This document shows positions 62,270 to 64,000 of a stretch of DNA of 64,000 nt, piece by piece. Source of the DNA: Lachnospiraceae bacterium (GTDB taxonomy: Bacteria; Bacillota; Clostridia; Lachnospirales; Lachnospiraceae); NCBI GenBank assembly GCA_051891855.1, contig JBJFFP010000082.1, positions 12,078 through 76,077 of the forward strand. Direction: 5' to 3'. The notes under the pieces are model-generated. The model saw only the letters and a list, made by a program, of their open reading frames with translations. It had not been told where the DNA came from and did no database searches. The position numbers were made by a program, and so were the translations under genes. Each line of letters opens with the position of its first letter. Position 1 is the first letter of the stretch.

Positions 62270-63652
62270 ATGATCAATAAGAACAGAAGAAGAGTGGATA
62301 ATAGAATGAGTAATAAAGTAAATGGTTATGAGGGATTAAGTCCCGAAGAGAAAAGAGAAATGAGGCGGCAGAGAAGGATACGAAATCTGATCTGGGCATA
62401 CATAGGTCTTATCTTGGTTTTGGCAGGTCTTATTTTGGGAGGAGTGTTTGGTGTACGGGCATTGACCAAGTTCATTGAGGAAAGGCAGGGAAATACTTTC
62501 AGGGAAGAAATCATACCCGAAAGCATACCCGAGAGCTGGGAGGAAGATGTCCAGTTTATGGAAGAGGAGACAGAGGTGTCGGTACAGCCGGATACATCCC
62601 GTCTTCTGGATGAAATCATAGAAGCCCGCATTTCGGAGATGACTCTGGAGGAAAAGGTGGCGGGCCTTTTCATTGTCAGACCGGAGGATATTACCGGTGT
62701 GGATACGGCCATACAGGCAGGAGAGGGAACAAAGGAAGCCCTGCAGAACCATCCTGTTGGCGGAATTATTTATTTTAATCAGAATATTAAGTCTGAGGAG
62801 CAGATTAAAGAAATGCTGGCAAATACTGCATCTTACAGCAATACCCCTCTTTTTCTGGCAGTGGATGAAGAGGGTGGGCAGGTAAGCCGGCTTGCCCGGG
62901 CATTGAAGCTGGATAATGTAGGAAATATGGCAGATATCGGAGCCACGGGAGACAGCAATCAGGCTTATGAGGCCATGGTAAAGGTGGGAAGCTATTTAAA
63001 CAGCTATGGGTTTAATTTGAATTTTGCTCCTGTGGCAGATGTTTTAACCAATCCAAATAATGAAGCTATTGGGGATCGTTCCTTCGGCGGTGAAACAGGG
63101 GTTGTAGCCGATATGGTAGCAGCGGCAGCAAATGGACTTAAGGATACGGGAATTACTGCATGCTTAAAGCATTTTCCGGGAATCGGTTCTGCAGAGGGAG
63201 ACCCCCATAATGGTCTGGTTGTGGTTGACCGAAGTCCGGAAGAGCTTAAGCAGGAGGAATTGCTTCCTTTTATCAGGGGAATCGAGGAAGGAGTACCCAT
63301 GATTATGGTGGGGCATATTGCCTTGCCACAGATTGTAGGAGATAATACTCCGGCAAGTATGTCATCGGCAGTCATTTCCGATTTGCTCAGGGGAGAGCTG
63401 GGTTTCAATGGAGTGGTGATTACGGATGCTATGGACATGGGAGCCATAACGGAATACTACGGAGCAGACCAGGCAGCAATTATGGCACTTCGGGCCGGGG
63501 CAGATATGATTCTTATGCCGGAGGATTATGAAGTGGCTTTTGAAGGTGTTGTCACAGCTGTTTTAGACGGAACCATCAGTGAGGAAAGAATTAACGATTC
63601 TCTAACCCGAGTATACCGAATTAAATATGCGGATTCGGTAGCTGCGGAATAA
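62270..63652 (+). CDS. Membrane-anchored GH3 beta-N-acetylhexosaminidase (NagZ-like)
   Basis: 460 aa. N-terminal basic segment plus one TM helix. GH3 motifs KHFPGIGSAEGDPH and VVITDAMDMGA. Confidence 0.8.
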   Translation: MINKNRRRVDNRMSNKVNGYEGLSPEEKREMRRQRRIRNLIWAYIGLILVLAGLILGGVFGVRALTKFIEERQGNTFREEIIPESIPESWEEDVQFMEEETEVSVQPDTSRLLDEIIEARISEMTLEEKVAGLFIVRPEDITGVDTAIQAGEGTKEALQNHPVGGIIYFNQNIKSEEQIKEMLANTASYSNTPLFLAVDEEGGQVSRLARALKLDNVGNMADIGATGDSNQAYEAMVKVGSYLNSYGFNLNFAPVADVLTNPNNEAIGDRSFGGETGVVADMVAAAANGLKDTGITACLKHFPGIGSAEGDPHNGLVVVDRSPEELKQEELLPFIRGIEEGVPMIMVGHIALPQIVGDNTPASMSSAVISDLLRGELGFNGVVITDAMDMGAITEYYGADQAAIMALRAGADMILMPEDYEVAFEGVVTAVLDGTISEERINDSLTRVYRIKYADSVAAE

Positions 63653-63683
63653 ATCCTCATTCCGTAAAATGTGGAAAAAGAAG

Positions 63684-63712
63684 TTGACAAAAAAGGATTC
63701 TTATACTATAGT
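63684..63712 (+). promoter_or_regulatory. Sigma-A promoter candidate upstream of feoA
   Basis: TTGACA (63684-63689), 17-bp spacer, TATAGT (63707-63712). Confidence 0.55.
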
Positions 63713-63715
63713 GAT

Positions 63716-63743
63716 AAATAAGTTAGATGTTGCTAACTTATTT
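63716..63743. promoter_or_regulatory. 11-bp perfect inverted repeat immediately downstream of the -10 (operator or 5' leader hairpin)
   Basis: AAATAAGTTAG (63716-63726) and CTAACTTATTT (63733-63743), separated by 6 nt. Confidence 0.4.
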
Positions 63744-63784
63744 GTTTGGCTGAGAAATTGTGTCGCTTCAGAATGGAGGAAAAA

Positions 63785-63997
63785 ATGACATTGCTTGATG
63801 CTGAGGTGGGAAAGGAATATATCATTACAGATATTATTACAGAGGATGAAGAGCTAAATTCGTTTCTTTTCTCTCTGGGCTGCTACAGTGGGGAGCCGAT
63901 TACTGTAGTGTCGCGTTTGAAGAACGGATGTATTATTTCGGTTAAGGACGCAAGATATAATATCAATAATGATTTAGCAGAAGCTATTTCCATATAA
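63785..63997 (+). CDS. feoA: FeoA-family small protein
   Basis: 70 aa (MTLLDAEVGKEYIITDI...), an SH3-like FeoA pattern. ATG at 63785 follows GGAGGA. The track start at 63746 is a TTG. Confidence 0.8.
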   Translation: MTLLDAEVGKEYIITDIITEDEELNSFLFSLGCYSGEPITVVSRLKNGCIISVKDARYNINNDLAEAISI

Positions 63998-64000
63998 AAG

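Noticed and set aside
1-64000. Search for CRISPR arrays, tRNA/rRNA genes, insertion sequences, integrases, prophage or toxin-antitoxin modules
   Set aside because: I saw no regularly spaced direct repeats, no tRNA-like cloverleaf regions in the intergenic gaps, and no transposase, recombinase or reverse-transcriptase motifs in any of the six-frame ORFs.

Overview
The window is a chromosomal segment of an endospore-forming Firmicute. Gene content suggests Clostridia, possibly Lachnospiraceae, but that is an inference. Almost all genes from about 4.1 kb onward are on the + strand.

Gene content, left to right:
- A visibly AT-richer block (about 0.8-7.6 kb) holds an agr-type quorum-sensing cassette (agrA, agrB, agrC and a 59-aa AgrD-like ORF missing from the ORF track) next to a lactococcin-972-like bacteriocin operon.
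- An operon preceded by LexA boxes encodes a radical-SAM protein, a DUF4130 protein and a nuclease-helicase.
- A near-palindromic DnaA-box cluster follows.
- A GH13 / sugar ABC operon carries embedded HlyD-like and MacB-PCD-like genes and a giant lipoprotein binding protein.
- Then come a T-box leader with valS-folC and a zinc-ribbon/TPR protein.
- The sporulation genes are spoIIAA-spoIIAB-sigF-spoVAA-spoVAB-spoVAC, with spoVAD and spoVAE displaced 8-11 kb downstream.
- Housekeeping and other genes include a GGDEF-GGDEF-EAL-PAS protein, TrpB-like enzyme, flavin reductase-rubredoxin, tmk, AlkD-like protein, ridA, aroK, feoAB, an SfsA-MutY fusion and a GT2.
- The right end carries the pstSCAB-phoU region, a Na/Pi transporter and a two-component pair, glyA, an ACT-hom-ApgM-like-aspartokinase operon, a GH3 NagZ-like gene and feoA.

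No rRNA, tRNA, CRISPR array, transposase or integrase was recognised.

The items I consider most worth follow-up:
1. An orphan ~470-nt purine-rich non-coding transcription unit (61.7-62.2 kb) with a near-consensus promoter and an intrinsic terminator.
2. The SOS-box-controlled radical-SAM/DUF4130/PD-(D/E)xK-XPD helicase operon.
3. The DnaA-box palindrome located away from any dnaA gene.
4. The agr-coupled Lcn972-like bacteriocin island.
5. The SfsA-MutY fusion.

All family assignments come from motif recognition by eye. No database search was run.
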